A DNA stretch of 64,000 bases from the NCBI GenBank assembly GCA_964016885.1, contig OZ024760.1, positions 17,236,001 through 17,300,000 of the forward strand, given 5' to 3'. The DNA is from Eledone cirrhosa. Its lineage: Eukaryota. The notes under the pieces were generated by a model. It did not search any database and was not told the DNA's origin. It was given only the letters and a program-made list of their open reading frames with translations. The translations under genes and the position numbers were made by a program. This document shows, in pieces, positions 49,437 through 63,835 of this stretch (its first letter is position 1; each line of letters begins with the position of its first letter).

Positions 49437-50940
49437 CTTTAGTTGTGATACCTACACAACCACTTTACAGTGTGGACTGGGTACTTTAGTTGTGATACCT
49501 ACACAACCACCTTACAGTGTGGACTGGGTACTTTAGTTGTGATACCTACACAACCACCTTACAGTGTGGACTGGGTACTTTAGTTGTGATACCTACACAA
49601 CCACCTTACAGTGTGGACTGGGTACTTTAGTTGTGATACCTACATGACCACTTTACAGTGTGGACTGGGTACTTTAGTTGTGATACCTACACAACCACCT
49701 TACAGTGTGGACTGGGTACTTTAGTTGTGATACCTACACGACCACTTTACAGTGTGGACTGGGTACTTTAGTTGTGATACCTACATGACCACTTTACAGT
49801 GTGGACTGGGTACTTTAGTTGTGATACCTACACAACCACTTTACAGTGTGGACTGGGTACTTTAGTTGTGATACCTACACAACCACCTTACAGTGTGGAC
49901 TGGGTACTTTAGTTGTGATACCTACACAACCACCTTACAGTGTGGACTGGGTACTTTAGTTGTGATACCTACATGACCACTTTACAGTGTGGACTGGGTA
50001 CTTTAGTTGTGATACCTACACAACCACTTTACAGTGTGGACTGGGTACTTTAGTTGTGATACCTACACAACCACCTTACAGTGTGGACTGGGTACTTTAG
50101 TTGTGATACCTACACAACCACTTTACAGTGTGGACTGGGTACTTTAGTTGTGATACCTACACAACCACCTTACAGTGTGGACTGGGTACTTTAGTTGTGA
50201 TACCTACACAACCACCTTACAGTGTGGACTGGGTACTTTAGTTGTGATACCTACACAACCACCTTACAGTGTGGACTGGGTACTTTAGTTGTGATACCTA
50301 CACAACCACTTTACAGTGTGGACTGGGTACTTTAGTTGTGATACCTACATGACCACTTTACAGTGTGGACTGGGTACTTTAGTTGTGATACCTACATGAC
50401 CACTTTACAGTGTGGACTGGGTACTTTAGTTGTGATACCTACATGACCACTTTACAGTGTGGACTGGGTACTTTAGTTGTGATACCTACACAACCACTTT
50501 ACAGTGTGGACTGGGTACTTTAGTTGTGATACCTACATGACCACTTTACAGTGTGGACTGGGTACTTTAGTTGTGATACCTACACAACCACCTTACAGTG
50601 TGGACTGGGTACTTTAGTTGTGATACCTACACAACCACCTTACAGTGTGGACTGGGTACTTTAGTTGTGATACCTACACAACCACCTTACAGTGTGGACT
50701 GGGTACTTTAGTTGTGATACCTACATGACCACTTTACAGTGTGGACTGGGTACTTTAGTTGTGATACCTACATGACCACTTTACAGTGTGGACTGGGTAC
50801 TTTAGTTGTGATACCTACACGACCACCTTGCAGTGTGGACTGGGTACTTTAGTTGTGATACCTACACAACCACCTTACAGTGTGGACTGGGTACTTTAGT
50901 TGTGATACCTACACAACCACCTTACAGTGTGGACTGGATG
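49437..50940. repeat. 47-bp satellite (~32 units) related to SINE internal repeat
   Basis: TTTAGTTGTGATACCTACACAACCACYTTACAGTGTGGACTGGGTAC. Confidence 0.95.
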
Positions 50941-50950
50941 TTTTTTATAT

Positions 50951-50998
<48 letters not shown>

Positions 50999-51000
<2 letters not shown>

Positions 51001-51342
51001 AGGCACATGGCTTAGTGGTTAGAGCATTGGCCTTGCAATCGAAAGGTTGTGAGTTCAATTCTCAGACTGGGTGATGTGTTGTTTCCTTGAGCAAGACACT
51101 TTATTTCACATTGCTCCAGTTTACTCAGCTGTAGAAATGAGATGATAGGGACTGGGGTCCCTATCATTCCACTGCAGAGTGGTCGTGGAGGTGCCATGGC
51201 AAAAAAGCACCCAGCACTCACTGTAAATGAGGTTGGTGTTAGGAAGGGCATCCAGCTGTAGAAATCAAGCCAGAATCAGTTCCCGTCCCACCCTTGCAAG
51301 CAGGGAAAAGCGGACGTAAAATGATGATGATGATGATGATGA
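50999..51342 (+). mobile_element. Second tRNA-derived SINE family with RTE-type (GAT)n tail; head copy at 2603-2768, tail copies at 41605-41828, 44015-44238(-), 45330-45605, 46303-46525(-), 54990-55163, 58036-58207(-)
   Basis: TGGCTTAGTGGTTAG A-box, GAGTTCAATTC B-box, CCTTGAGCAAGACACTTTATTTCAC core, GGTGTTAGGAAGGGCATCCAGCTGTAGAAA...GGACGTAAAA(TGA)n tail. Confidence 0.8.
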
Positions 51343-51599
51343 TTGGAAGAAGAGATGTTAATCTCAAAATATCAGGACATATGAATAAATTAAGGTAAAA
51401 AAATACCCCTCGTTTCTTACGACTTCATTATTTATCTGTCCAATCAGCATTGATGTGGCTGGAGAGATATTTTAAGGCTCCCAAATGCCGACTTGTATGC
51501 CGGCATATACCATAGTTACAGTTACAACAAAGTATTCTAATTCAATTTTCAAATTCCGCTTGCTGTTTGCTTAACACACATGCTTTCTTAATATATACA

Positions 51600-52980
51600 A
51601 GTGGTGGTGGTGGTGGTGGTAATGGTGGCGGGGGTGTTGGTAATGGTGGTGGGGGTGGTGGTGGTGTTGGTAGTGGTAGTGGTGGTGGTGGTGGTGGTGT
51701 TGGTAATGGTGGTGGTGGTGTTGGTAGTGGTGGTGGTGGTGGTGGTGGTGCTGGTGGTGGTGTTGGTGGTGGTGGTAGTGGCGGTGCTGTTGTTGGTGTT
51801 GGTGGTGGTGGTGGTGTTGGTAATGGTGGTGTTGGTGTTGGTAGTGGTGGTGGTGGTGGTGGTGGTGGTAGTGGTGGTGGTGGTGGTGTTGGTAGTGGTG
51901 TTGGTAGTGGTAGTGGTGGTGGTGGATGTGCCGTTGTTGTTGGTGGTGGTGGTGGTGGTGGTGTTGGTGGTGGTGGTGTTGGTAGTGGTAGTGGTGGTGG
52001 TGGTGGTGGATGTGCCGTTGCTGTCGGTGCTGTTGTTGGTGGTGGTGGTGGTGGTGGTGGTGGTGGTGGTGTTGGTAATGGTGGTGCTGGTGGTGGTGTT
52101 GGTAGTGGTGGTGGTGGTGGTGGTGGTGGTGTTGGTAATGGTGGTGCTGGTGGTGGTGTTGGTAGTGGTGGTGGTGGTGGTGGTGGTGGTGGTGGTGGTG
52201 GTGTTGGTAATGGTGGTGCTGGTAGTGGTGGTGGTGGTGGTGGTGTTGGTAGTGGTGGTGGTGGTGGTGGTGGTGGTGGTGGTGGTGGTGGTGTTGGTGG
52301 TGGTGGTGGTGGATGTGCCGTTGTCGGTGGTGGCGGTGCTGTTGTTGGTGGTGGTGGTGGTGTTGGTGGTGGTAGTGGTGGTGGTGGTGGTGTTGGTAGT
52401 GGTAGTGGTGGTGGTGGTGGTGGATGTGCCGTTGCTGTCGGTGGTGGCGGTGCTGTTGTTGGTGGTGGTGGTGGTGGTGTTGGTAGTGGTGGTGTTGGTA
52501 GTGGTGGTGGTGGTGGTGGTGGTGTTGGTAGTGGTGGTGGTGGTGGTGTTGGTAGTGGTGTTGGTAGTGGTAGTGGTGGTGGTGGATGTGCCGTTGTTGT
52601 TGGTGGTGGTGGTGGTGGTGGTGTTGGTAGTGGTGGTGGTGGTGGTGTTGGTAGTGGTAGTGGTGGTGGTGGTGGTGGATGTGCCGTTGCTGTCGGTGGT
52701 GGCGGTGCTGTTGTTGGTGGTGGTGGTGGTGGTGGTGGTGTTGGTAGTGGTGGTGTTGGTAGTGGTGGTGGTGGTGGTGGTGGTGTTGGTAGTGGTGGTG
52801 GTGTTGGTAGTGGTGGTGGTGGTGGTGGTGGTGGTGGTGGTGGTGGTGGTGGTGGTGGTGTTGGTAGTGGTGGTGGTGGTGGTGGTGTTGGTAGTGGTGG
52901 TGGTGGTGGTGGTGGTAGTGTTGGTAGTGGTGGTGGTGGTGGTGGTGTTGGTAGTGGTGGTGGTGGTGGTGGTGGTGGTA
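51600..52980. repeat. Interrupted (GGT)n tract
   Basis: Directly visible; source of the poly-G/P/T/V ORFs. Confidence 0.95.
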
Positions 52981-53030
52981 TAATTACTGCTGTTGGGAAG
53001 AAAGCCAAGTGTTCCATGTGTAATCATTCA

Positions 53031-53081
<51 letters not shown>

Positions 53082-53867
53082 TAATCACAGGTAAATTACT
53101 CACCCACCTCACCCTATCCCACCCCGCTTGGTAAAGTATTGAATCCGGTTTACCTGGCAGGTTTTTTATTATTTTTTTACCTGATCCAGGGATGACAGCC
53201 ACCATTTTTCCATCTCACTTTCAGTAAGATTGGGGTGGGGTGGGGTAGACCACCACCCCGGGGGAGGGGGTAGACCACCACCCGGGGGGGGGGGTCTGCT
53301 AAAGGTGAAGGAGTGGAGTGGGGGGGTTGTTTAGTCAGTCTGCTAGAGATGTAGCTCGGCTACACATATATATATATATATCCATTCATCATCTACTGAT
53401 GATAGTGGTGGTGGTGGTGGTGTGGTGGTGGTGGTGTGGTAGTGGTGGTGGTGGTGGTGGTGTGGTGGTGGTGTGGTAGTGGTGGTGGTGGTGGTGGTGG
53501 TGATTGTTGTGGTGGTGGATTTGATGGTAAGGGTTATAGTGATGGTGGTTGTGTTGGATATGGTGATAGTGATTGTTGTGGTGGTGGTGGTGGTGGTGGT
53601 GTTGATTGTTGTGGTGGTGTGGTGGTGGTGGTGGTGGTGGTGGTTGTAGTTATTGTTGTGTTGGTGGCAGGAGTTGATGTGGTGATAGTGATTGTTGTTG
53701 TTGTGGTGGTGGAGGTAGTTATTGTAGTGGTGATAGTAGCGGTGGTGGTTGTGGTGATAGTAGTGATTTTTGTGGTTTAGGTTGTAGTTATTGTAGTGGT
53801 GGTGAATGTGTTGGTGTAGGTGGTGAATGGGAGAGGATCTGTCTGCTGATGATGTCAGATGGAATCT

Positions 53868-54437
53868 ACCCCCCTCCCTACCTCACCTGACTATTCCACA
53901 CCCTCAATCTACCCATATATTCCCTGGGGTGGCAGTATTACCCCCTCCCTACCTCACCAGACTATTCCACACCCTCAATCTACCCACATATTTCATGGGG
54001 TGGCAGTATTACCCCCCTCCCTACCTCACCTGACTATTCCACACCCTCAATCTACCCATATATTCCCTGGGGTGGCAGTATTACCCCCTCCCTACCTCAC
54101 CAGACTATTCCACACCCTCAATCTACCCACATATTTCATGGGGTGGCAGTATTACCCCCCTCCCTACCTCACCAGACTATTCCACACCCTCAATCTACCC
54201 ACATATTTCATGGGGTGGCAGTATTACCCCCCTCCCTACCTCACCAGACTATTCCACACCCTCAATCTACCCACATATTCCCTGGGGTGGCAGTATTACC
54301 CCCTCCCTACCTCACCAGACTATTCCACACCCTCAATCTACCCACATATTCCCTGGGGTGGCAGTATTACCCCCTCCCTACCTCACCAGACTATTCCACA
54401 CCCTCAATCTACCCACATATTCCCTGGGGTGGCAGTA
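53868..54437. repeat. ~70-bp tandem repeat (8 units)
   Basis: CCCCTCCCTACCTCACC.GACTATTCCACACCCTCAATCTACCCA.ATATT.C.TGGGGTGGCAGTATTA. Confidence 0.95.
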
Positions 54438-55504
54438 TGTCTGCAGAAAGTAGCAAAGAATGGAAGCTACTCTCTTTTCATTGATTCTTAGTTTTTACTT
54501 CCTGGCTTCAAGTTTGTTTGCTTCTTTCATGCTTCCATCACTCTGATATCCCGGGGGAGAAAGGCCTCTACACCCTACAACACCTTATGCACCCTCACAC
54601 CCTCCATATTCTACACCCTATATATAACATATATATACCCTCGCACCCACCTTTTTATATTCTATACCCTATATATAACATCTATATAATCTCACACCAA
54701 CCTTATATATACCCAATATATAACATATATATATATCCTCACACCTTCCATATTATACACCCCATATATAACATATATATACACCCTCACACCCTCCATA
54801 TTCTATACCCTATAGTACACCTATAGCCTCACACTTTTCATATACTAGTGGTTAGGGTGTTGGACTCTCAATCATAAGGGTATGGGTTTGGGTTCCTGGA
54901 GTGGGTAGTAGATTATGTTTTTGATCGAGAGGCTTCAAGTAACCATTGCAATGGACTGGTGTCTGCTCCAGGAGAATGGGGGGCCCCTATACTCACTGTA
55001 AATGAGGTTGGTGTTAGGAAGGGCATCCAGCTGTAGAAATCGAGCCAAAATCAGTTCCCGTATGAGCAAGACATGGTCACCTGACCTGATATTGCTCACA
55101 ACAGGACAACCATGCTAGCGTGGAAGAATGGATGTAAAACGGTGATGATGATGATGATGATGATATATATATATATATGAACTATTAACATACTAGAAAT
55201 ATTCAGCAGTGTGTTTGCTATCTTTTGTTCAGAATTGATTATATCATATGTAGGACAGCCTGAGAATTGAACCAGATGTTCTCTGTTTACAGCACGTGAT
55301 CCTTCTATATTATGGCGTCTCACCATTATTCATTGAGTCTATCACAAATAACCTCAATTTAATTTTATTTTTCCATCAGTTATTTGTTTCTGCTTGAATA
55401 CATGTTTATTATGTTGTTGTTGTTACATACTAGGTCAGCCATAAACAAGTACGCCTATGGCATGTAGCTAGTCAGTCAAGCAACCCGTCCACGTGACTCT
55501 AGAT

Positions 55505-55685
55505 CACGGTTTCCCAAAATGGGTTCTGCAGAGCCTAAGAGTTCCGCAAATGGGTGTCTGGGGTTCTGTGAAAAAAAAGGTAGAGGTGTATATTTATATT
55601 ACAACCATATAACAGTATTAGAATTTGAGGTTAACCCCAAAAGTTTCTGAACCAAAAAGGGTTTGAAAAAGTTTGGCAAACCCTG
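55505..55685. mobile_element. hAT MITE
   Basis: CACGGTTTCCCAAA / TTTGGCAAACCCTG TIRs, TSD CTCTAGAT/ATCTAGAT. Confidence 0.75.
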
Positions 55686-57458
55686 ATCTAGATATACAAT
55701 GTTTTTGACGGGTTAAGGACCTTCTCTTTGCATTCCACCATACAGTTTTTTCCCTCAACCATGTCTGTTTGCTGCTGTATAATTGTGGTCGTTGTTTAGC
55801 TTCAGTTTAGCCTTGACCCAAACATGTTCCAGCTGTGACCAACTTGTATTTACTTCAGACATAGTGTAGCTAGGATAAAATGTGCCAAGTACATTGGTTG
55901 ACTATAAACAGAGACTATCTAGGGAGGAAGGGAGTCTGCACCCTTGTTGAGGACATGACACTCCCTTTAGTGCTGTATCCAGTACACTCTCTCATCTTCT
56001 TAACACTCCATAACACTTGAACTAACTATGCTGTCCTGGTGATGTTTAGGTTTATATTTACTACTGTTAACTCTCTACTCTGAACCAGGCAGATTTTACT
56101 GGCAAAACTAATGGATAGAATCTGAGCAAGTTTGTTGGATAACATCCATGAGCTCGGCTGGTTTTGCTTAGGGATCCAGCTCGATCAATTGGAGACTGTT
56201 GCTTCTGACAGGACCTTCTGGAAGGCATGCCTGCCTGGCTTGACAGATTTTATAAGCAAAACAAAATGACAGGAGACACAGGGATAGAATCTGAGCAAGA
56301 TAGTAAGATAATATCTATGAGCTCGGCTGGTCTTGGTTGACGATTTAGCTGGATCAATTGGGGACAGTTGCTTGTGACAGGACCTACTGGAAAGCGTGCT
56401 TCAGGATTCTGCCTCCACAACCTTCTCAGGAATAAGCAGACAGAAGAAGTAGAATTCGGTACTCAGTGACTGCCAAGCAGGAGTGGCCTTATATAACAAA
56501 CAGAGGCCGTATGACAAGGTTTAAACTGTCATGCTTCAGTGACCGTGTTTATAGTTAAATATATGATATTAAGTAAACATGTTTACTGTTGCTGTAAAGA
56601 AATATATTTTCATGAGTAGATGAGAGCTCGAGGTTAACTCTTTAGCATTTACATTACTCTATATTTACTGTTATATTTTCATGGTAAAGGCTTTACCTCA
56701 CATAATATCGAATCTATGAGATTTTGATGTTATTTCTTTTGAGAACACTACCTTAACATCAGTATGAGTGGCCAGTTATGGTCAGTTTGAATTTTCGTTA
56801 CGATGAATTTTTTTTCATATTCTGTGAATTTCATTATAAGTGTGGTAAGGAACCAGGTGGACCATAACGCACGAGAGTACTCGATCCTTTATAAGATGAC
56901 CTCTCTAGTGCTGGTGGCACGAATAAAAGCACCCGGTCCATGCTGTAAAGTGGTGCTGGTGTTAGGAAGGACATCCAACCAGTATATATACTACTGCCAA
57001 AAACTATGAGTACAACAAAATGAGAATTTCACTGTATTTGGAGAGCACTTTAAATAAAAAAGAGTGCACACATCAGATGGGTTGTTTCTGTGACTCAGAT
57101 TTAGTTCTGTTTCTACCTCTACACCTTCCCACACCTGTTACCTCAATGCTTTTTAATGTTTGTAATAAAATTGACTCCAATGTAAATTGCTTTACCTTGT
57201 GGTATACATGATGTCAGCGAAGGTAAATTACTTTACCTGTTGCACACCTGACGTCAACTGCCTCACCTGTAACACCTGATATCTGCTGAAGTTAATTACA
57301 TATTGACAGATAGTCATGCAGAAAGTGATAAAGCCATTTCAGTGTTTTGTTAGTGAAATTGTTTGTCACTGATTTTTTGAATATATATAAGTACATGTGT
57401 TTATGGGCGGGGTCAGTGAGGCCTCCTATCATTTTATTCAAAATAATATATATATATA

Positions 57459-57503
<45 letters not shown>

Positions 57504-57880
57504 GCAGTAATTCCGTCGGAAAAGTCCAGGAAAAAAGAGTGCTCTATGTAGGTTACGGAGCTTAATAATAAGAGTTATGTAATAAACAACATAAGATAAT
57601 TATTTCATTTACCAGTGGTTTCTTGAAAGCAAAAGAAATTTGCTTTCAGTCCCGTATATATATATATATATATATAACGAAAGAAATGTGGTAAGGAACC
57701 AGGTGGACCATAACACACCAAAGTACTCAATACTTAGGGTAGTAGAGTGGGTAATAAGAATGAGTAGGACCCCGACGGCTGAGCTCAACCCGTTTCGACG
57801 GCTAATTCTGGACTACTAATTCTAGTCCAGAATTAGCCGTCGAAACGGCTTGAGCTCAGCCATCGGGGGTCCTACTCGTT

Positions 57881-57918
<38 letters not shown>

Positions 57919-58206
57919 ATAGGTGGATTCACAATGGGTATAGATAAACAAACAGATAGATAGTTAGATATGTATGAGAGACAGACTGATAGATAGATAG
58001 ATAGATAGGGATAAACAGATAGATACTTATATATATCATCATCATCATCGTTTAACGTCCATCTTCCACGCTAGCATGGGTTAGACGGGAGTTGTCCCAC
58101 TTGAGGCAAGGCTGGTCGGGTGACCGTGTCTCGCTCATATAGGACTGTCTGGCAGGTTTTCTACGGCAGGATGCCCTTCCTAACACCAACCACATTTACA
58201 GTGTGG

Positions 58207-58247
<41 letters not shown>

Positions 58248-59669
58248 ATGATGATGATGATAAAGAGAGAGAGAGAGTGGTAGACTGTGGTATGGTGACA
58301 TAAACAAAGTGTAAATATGAAAACCAGTCCTGCTCACACTGCAGTCATAACAGTAAAAATGGCTGATGCAGCTGCACTTAGTTACACCTATACTTCTTGT
58401 TGTTGTCACTACAGTTTGTAATGTTGTTACTGTTGTTGTTGTTGTTGCTGTCACTGTTGTTGTTACTGTCACTGATGTCGTTGTTGTCACCAATGTTGTT
58501 GTTGTTACTGTTGTTGCTGTACCAATATCTGGTGTTATTGTTGTTACTGTTGTTGTTGCTGTCACTGTTGTTGTTGTCGTTGTCGTTACCATTGTTGTTA
58601 CTGTTGTACCAATGCCTGGTGTTATTGTTGTTACTGTTGTTGTTGTTACTGTTGTTGTTGTTGTTACTGTTGTTGTACCAATGCCTGCTGAGTTCAGTAG
58701 AAAACAACAGATGCACTTGATCAATATCTGGCCCACTTCTCTCTTACTACTACCACCACCACCACTACTACTGCTTCTACTACTGGCACTACTACAGCCA
58801 CTACCACCGCCTCTACTACTACCTCTACTACTACCACTCCTACCACTGTTAATACCACCTCTACCACTGCCACCTCTACCACTACCACCTCTGCATTTAT
58901 GGTTGACGACTGATAGAAAAGTGTACTCAATACCGAAGTAGTTTCAATGTTCTATAGTTAGGACAACATAGTCCAAGGTGTCACTCATTTTCCATAACAG
59001 TAGGAGAGTAATTTGAAGGAAACTCGGTTGTTATTTCTAGCAGGTTGTGGTAAATGGCAGTGTTGTTGATGATGTTGTTATGTTCACTTTGCAGTAGTTC
59101 TATCTCCTGACTAATCTACGTTAAACCCCTTTTCTCTCTCTCACCCCATCCCATTCCCACCCCACTGCACCCCATCTCCACCCCTGTATCATCAATATGA
59201 TGACTCAGCAGTAAACAACATCGCATCATGTCTGCTTGCTGCATAGTTACCAGCATCCCTTTTTTTACATCCATATCTTGCTTTCATCTACCCAGCCACC
59301 GTTTCACATTTCTCTCCATCTACCCAGCCACCCAGCCTCATTTCCCTCTATCTACCCAACCATCTAGCCACTTTTCTCTCCATCTACCCAGCTATCTAGT
59401 TACCATCCTTCCAGATACCCACCACTCCATCCACACCCCTCAATCTACCCAGTTCTCCAGCCCCATTTCCTTCCATCTACCCAACCACATAGCACTTGTC
59501 CCTCCATCCAGTCTAGTTTATCATCCTTCCATATATCCAGTACTTCACCCACACTTCGCTCCATCTATCCAATTACCATCCCTGCATCTATCCAGCTATC
59601 CAGCCCTATTTTTTCCCTTCCACCTACCCTGTCACCCAGCATTCCACCCACATTTACCTCCACCCTCCA

Positions 59670-60234
<565 letters not shown>

Positions 60235-60307
60235 TAGATAACACCTGGTCATTAGTCTAGAAGTCACTGAACGTTTGGACATACATCAGATCGCTTGTAT
60301 AACCTGA

Positions 60308-60349
<42 letters not shown>

Positions 60350-60501
60350 TCAAATCTCTTATGTAAAATATAGTTAATTTATATTGTATAACTTGAGTGT
60401 CTATATATATATATATGTAAGGTAAACAGAAATAACAACACAATCAGTACAGTATATGGAAGGGATACATTAGATTAACGCTTGATATAGCAGGAAGAGG
60501 G

Positions 60502-60537
60502 TCTTAACGTTTTGGATGCTAGTCCTTCATCAGAAGA
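60502..60537 (-). ncRNA. Minimal hammerhead motif, family E (core G>A)
   Basis: UCUU CUGAUGA aGGA cuagca UCC aAAACGUU / AAGA; palindromic AACGUU stem III. Confidence 0.55.
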
Positions 60538-60639
60538 AAGAATGAGAAATAAGATAGATTGAGGGGACGGGCGGGGTGGAATTGGAAAAAATGTCTTTAG
60601 ATAAAAATAACAGGTCCATTCATGTTGACATCTCTTGCA

Positions 60640-60671
<32 letters not shown>

Positions 60672-60826
60672 AGATTCAGGACTTCGACAGCTAGATCCAA
60701 ACTAACGAAACGGCCGGAGCTCAGCCGTCGGGGGGTCCTGAATCTTTTCATATAACCCACTCTACTACCCCAAGTATCGAGTACTCTGGTGGGTTATGGT
60801 CCACTTGGTTTCTACCACACCCTATT

Positions 60827-60910
<84 letters not shown>

Positions 60911-61246
60911 CCAGTGGTATGTTATATACCCTCAAATCTCTTAAAATATAGTAAAATGATGATGATGATGATATGTTATATATACTCTAGAAAGGAAATA
61001 AATTGTGAGATTTCCAAAAAATGTATCTTTAAAACTTTCTTCACTCTCTCTCTATATATATATATCATCATCATCATCATCATTTTATGTCCGCTTTTCC
61101 CTGTTTGCAAGGGTGGGACATATATATATATATATATATATATAGTATTTAAAAAAAAAAAAAAAATACAACAGATTCATATAAATTAATCTATATTATT
61201 CAAATAGTTTAGAACCAGAAGGAAAAATAATGTAAAAATTTAAAAA

Positions 61247-61291
<45 letters not shown>

Positions 61292-61878
61292 ATCTCTCTC
61301 TCTTCATGGCTCTCTTCCTCTCTATCCATCTTTCTCTTGTTGATGTTTCTTACAATAATAGATTTAATATTTTTCAAGAAAACTAACCATTACTACTGCT
61401 TCTATGGTTGCTCTTTAACTTTAACGATTAAATAAAGTACCAGTAATGTACTGTGGGTAATTGCTGGCCTTGTGCCAAAAGTAGAAACAATTATATATAT
61501 ACACTCATACACACACATATACGCTCACACATATACACACACACATATATATATATATATATACTTTTCGTTGCCTTCATTTTACCATCCATTTCACATT
61601 GTCTTAGCTTTCTTATATATAACTTTCTACATTATATACTATACATAATGCTTCTGGAAATTGTTGTTTAACCCCAGGTCAGCCATGACCAAGCAGATGT
61701 ATGATTAAAGGTGTCAACTGCTTTAATAATTCAAATAGCTTTTAAAAAGTGGGAGATTGAGCAGCGGTGGGTGATTTAATTTTCTTTTCCACACTTCATT
61801 ACCATTGAGTTTGTTTCTGTGTATATTTACCTGTCATTCATGTATGTCTACCTATCATTCATGTGTGTATATATTCCA

Positions 61879-61909
<31 letters not shown>

Positions 61910-62208
61910 CATAGTTTCATTAATTTTTCCGTTGTCTTCACCCACATTTTTTATTCATTATATATATGTGTGTGTGTATATACAGACATATATATATATA
62001 TGTATATATATATGTGCAGATTTATATGTATGTATATATACACAGGGTATCACCAAAAAATGTATACACACTTCAACAGCAGTCTAATAAATAGTGCTTG
62101 TACAGGTAATCAAAATGTGTATACATTTTTTGGGGACACCCTAAATATATATGTATGTATGTATGTATGTATATATATATACACATATATATATATATAT
62201 ACACACAC

Positions 62209-62298
<90 letters not shown>

Positions 62299-62382
62299 AC
62301 ATATACACACATGTATATATATATACACATATATATATACATATACACACGTATATATATATACACAGATGTATATATATAA

Positions 62383-62425
<43 letters not shown>

Positions 62426-62427
62426 TG

Positions 62428-62458
<31 letters not shown>

Positions 62459-62459
62459 G

Positions 62460-62493
<34 letters not shown>

Positions 62494-62953
62494 TATATGT
62501 ATATATATATACATGTATATATATATATACACATATATATATATATACACATGTATATATATATATACACATATATATATATATACACATGTATATATAT
62601 ATATATGCATGTATGTATACATACATACAAATATATATATATATATGTATGTATGTATACATACATACAAATATATATATTTATATATCATGCTGTCCTT
62701 CATTTTCCTGCCATATTGTTGCTCCTTTAAAGCTGTCACCTTATTAACTGTTGGTTTTATCTTTCTGTTAAAGGTTTTCTGCAAAGTCCTCACATTGTTC
62801 CTGAGTCTGGTCCACATTTCCATTATCAGGGTCCTCCTAGCTGCCTCCTCAGTGGTAATGTGTGTTTTGTCTCATTCCATGGCCTCTCATGCTATATATA
62901 TATGTATATATATATAATATATAAGATCAAAAGATGGTTAAAAGAGTTCCAAA

Positions 62954-63024
62954 TATTTTATTATGCGCATTTCAAAAACAAATATCATCATGGGATGATA
63001 TCTGCGTTCTCATCAGATAAAATA
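62954..63024 (-). ncRNA. Type I hammerhead motif, family C variant (intact arm)
   Basis: UAUUUUAU CUGAUGA long stem II (CAGAUAUCAUC ccau GAUGAUAUUUG) GAAA UGCGCA UA / AUAAAAUA; perfect palindrome AUGCGCAU in stem III. Confidence 0.82.
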
Positions 63025-63078
63025 GTTTTAAAACTTCACTGCTCACAAGTGTTTTTTAAACTTCATATCATGTCTCCG

Positions 63079-63150
63079 TATTTTATCTGATGAGAACACA
63101 GATATCATCCCATGATGATATTTGTTTTTGAAATGCGCATAAATAAAATA
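63079..63150 (+). ncRNA. Family C variant hammerhead, right arm, extra A at the cleavage-site/stem I junction
   Basis: Inverted copy of 62954-63024; arms of ~100 bp (62923-63024 / 63079-63183). Confidence 0.75.
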
Positions 63151-63419
63151 CTTGGAACTCTTTTAACCATCTTTTGATCTTATTTTATTTATACTCCAGT
63201 CCTACAACTGTTGAGTGCTACTTATCTGATATTTGCATTGCTTTATTGTGCTACATTAAAACTCACCTCCTACATGTATATATATATATCTATATCTCGT
63301 GTGTATATATATATATATATACACATTATATATACATATATGTACATAATACATACATATAAATAAATGTTGCTCCCATCCTCTGCCAACAGCCACCCCT
63401 AACAAACATCACCTCTAAC

Positions 63420-63835
63420 CATCATACCACACCATACTACACCATACCATACCACACCATACTACACCATACCATACCACACCACACCTTACAATACCAT
63501 ACCACGCCATACTACAGCACACCATACCATACCACACCATACTATATTACACCACACCTTACAATACCATACCACACCATACTACAGCACACCATACCAT
63601 ACCACACCTTACTACACCATACCACACCATACCATACTACACCATACCACACCTTACTACACCATACCACACCATACCATACCACACCACACCATACCAT
63701 ACCACACCATACAATACAATACTACACCATACTATACTACACCACACCAAACCATACCATACCATACTACACCATACCACACCTTACAATACTATACTAC
63801 ACCATACCACACCATACCATACTACACCATACCAT
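63420..63835. repeat. (CACCA/TACCA)n pentanucleotide tract
   Basis: Directly visible. Confidence 0.9.

Noticed and set aside
49437-50940. CRISPR-like regular array
   Set aside because: Units are contiguous with no unique spacers, no cas genes, eukaryotic context.
51542-53084. Poly-Pro/Gly/Thr/Val ORFs (extensin-, formin- or mucin-like)
   Set aside because: (GGT)n repeat open in several frames on both strands; no splice or domain context. Not CHERP's proline-rich region.
58161-58941. Thr/Val/Asn-rich ORFs
   Set aside because: (GTT)n and (CTA/CCA)n trinucleotide tracts.
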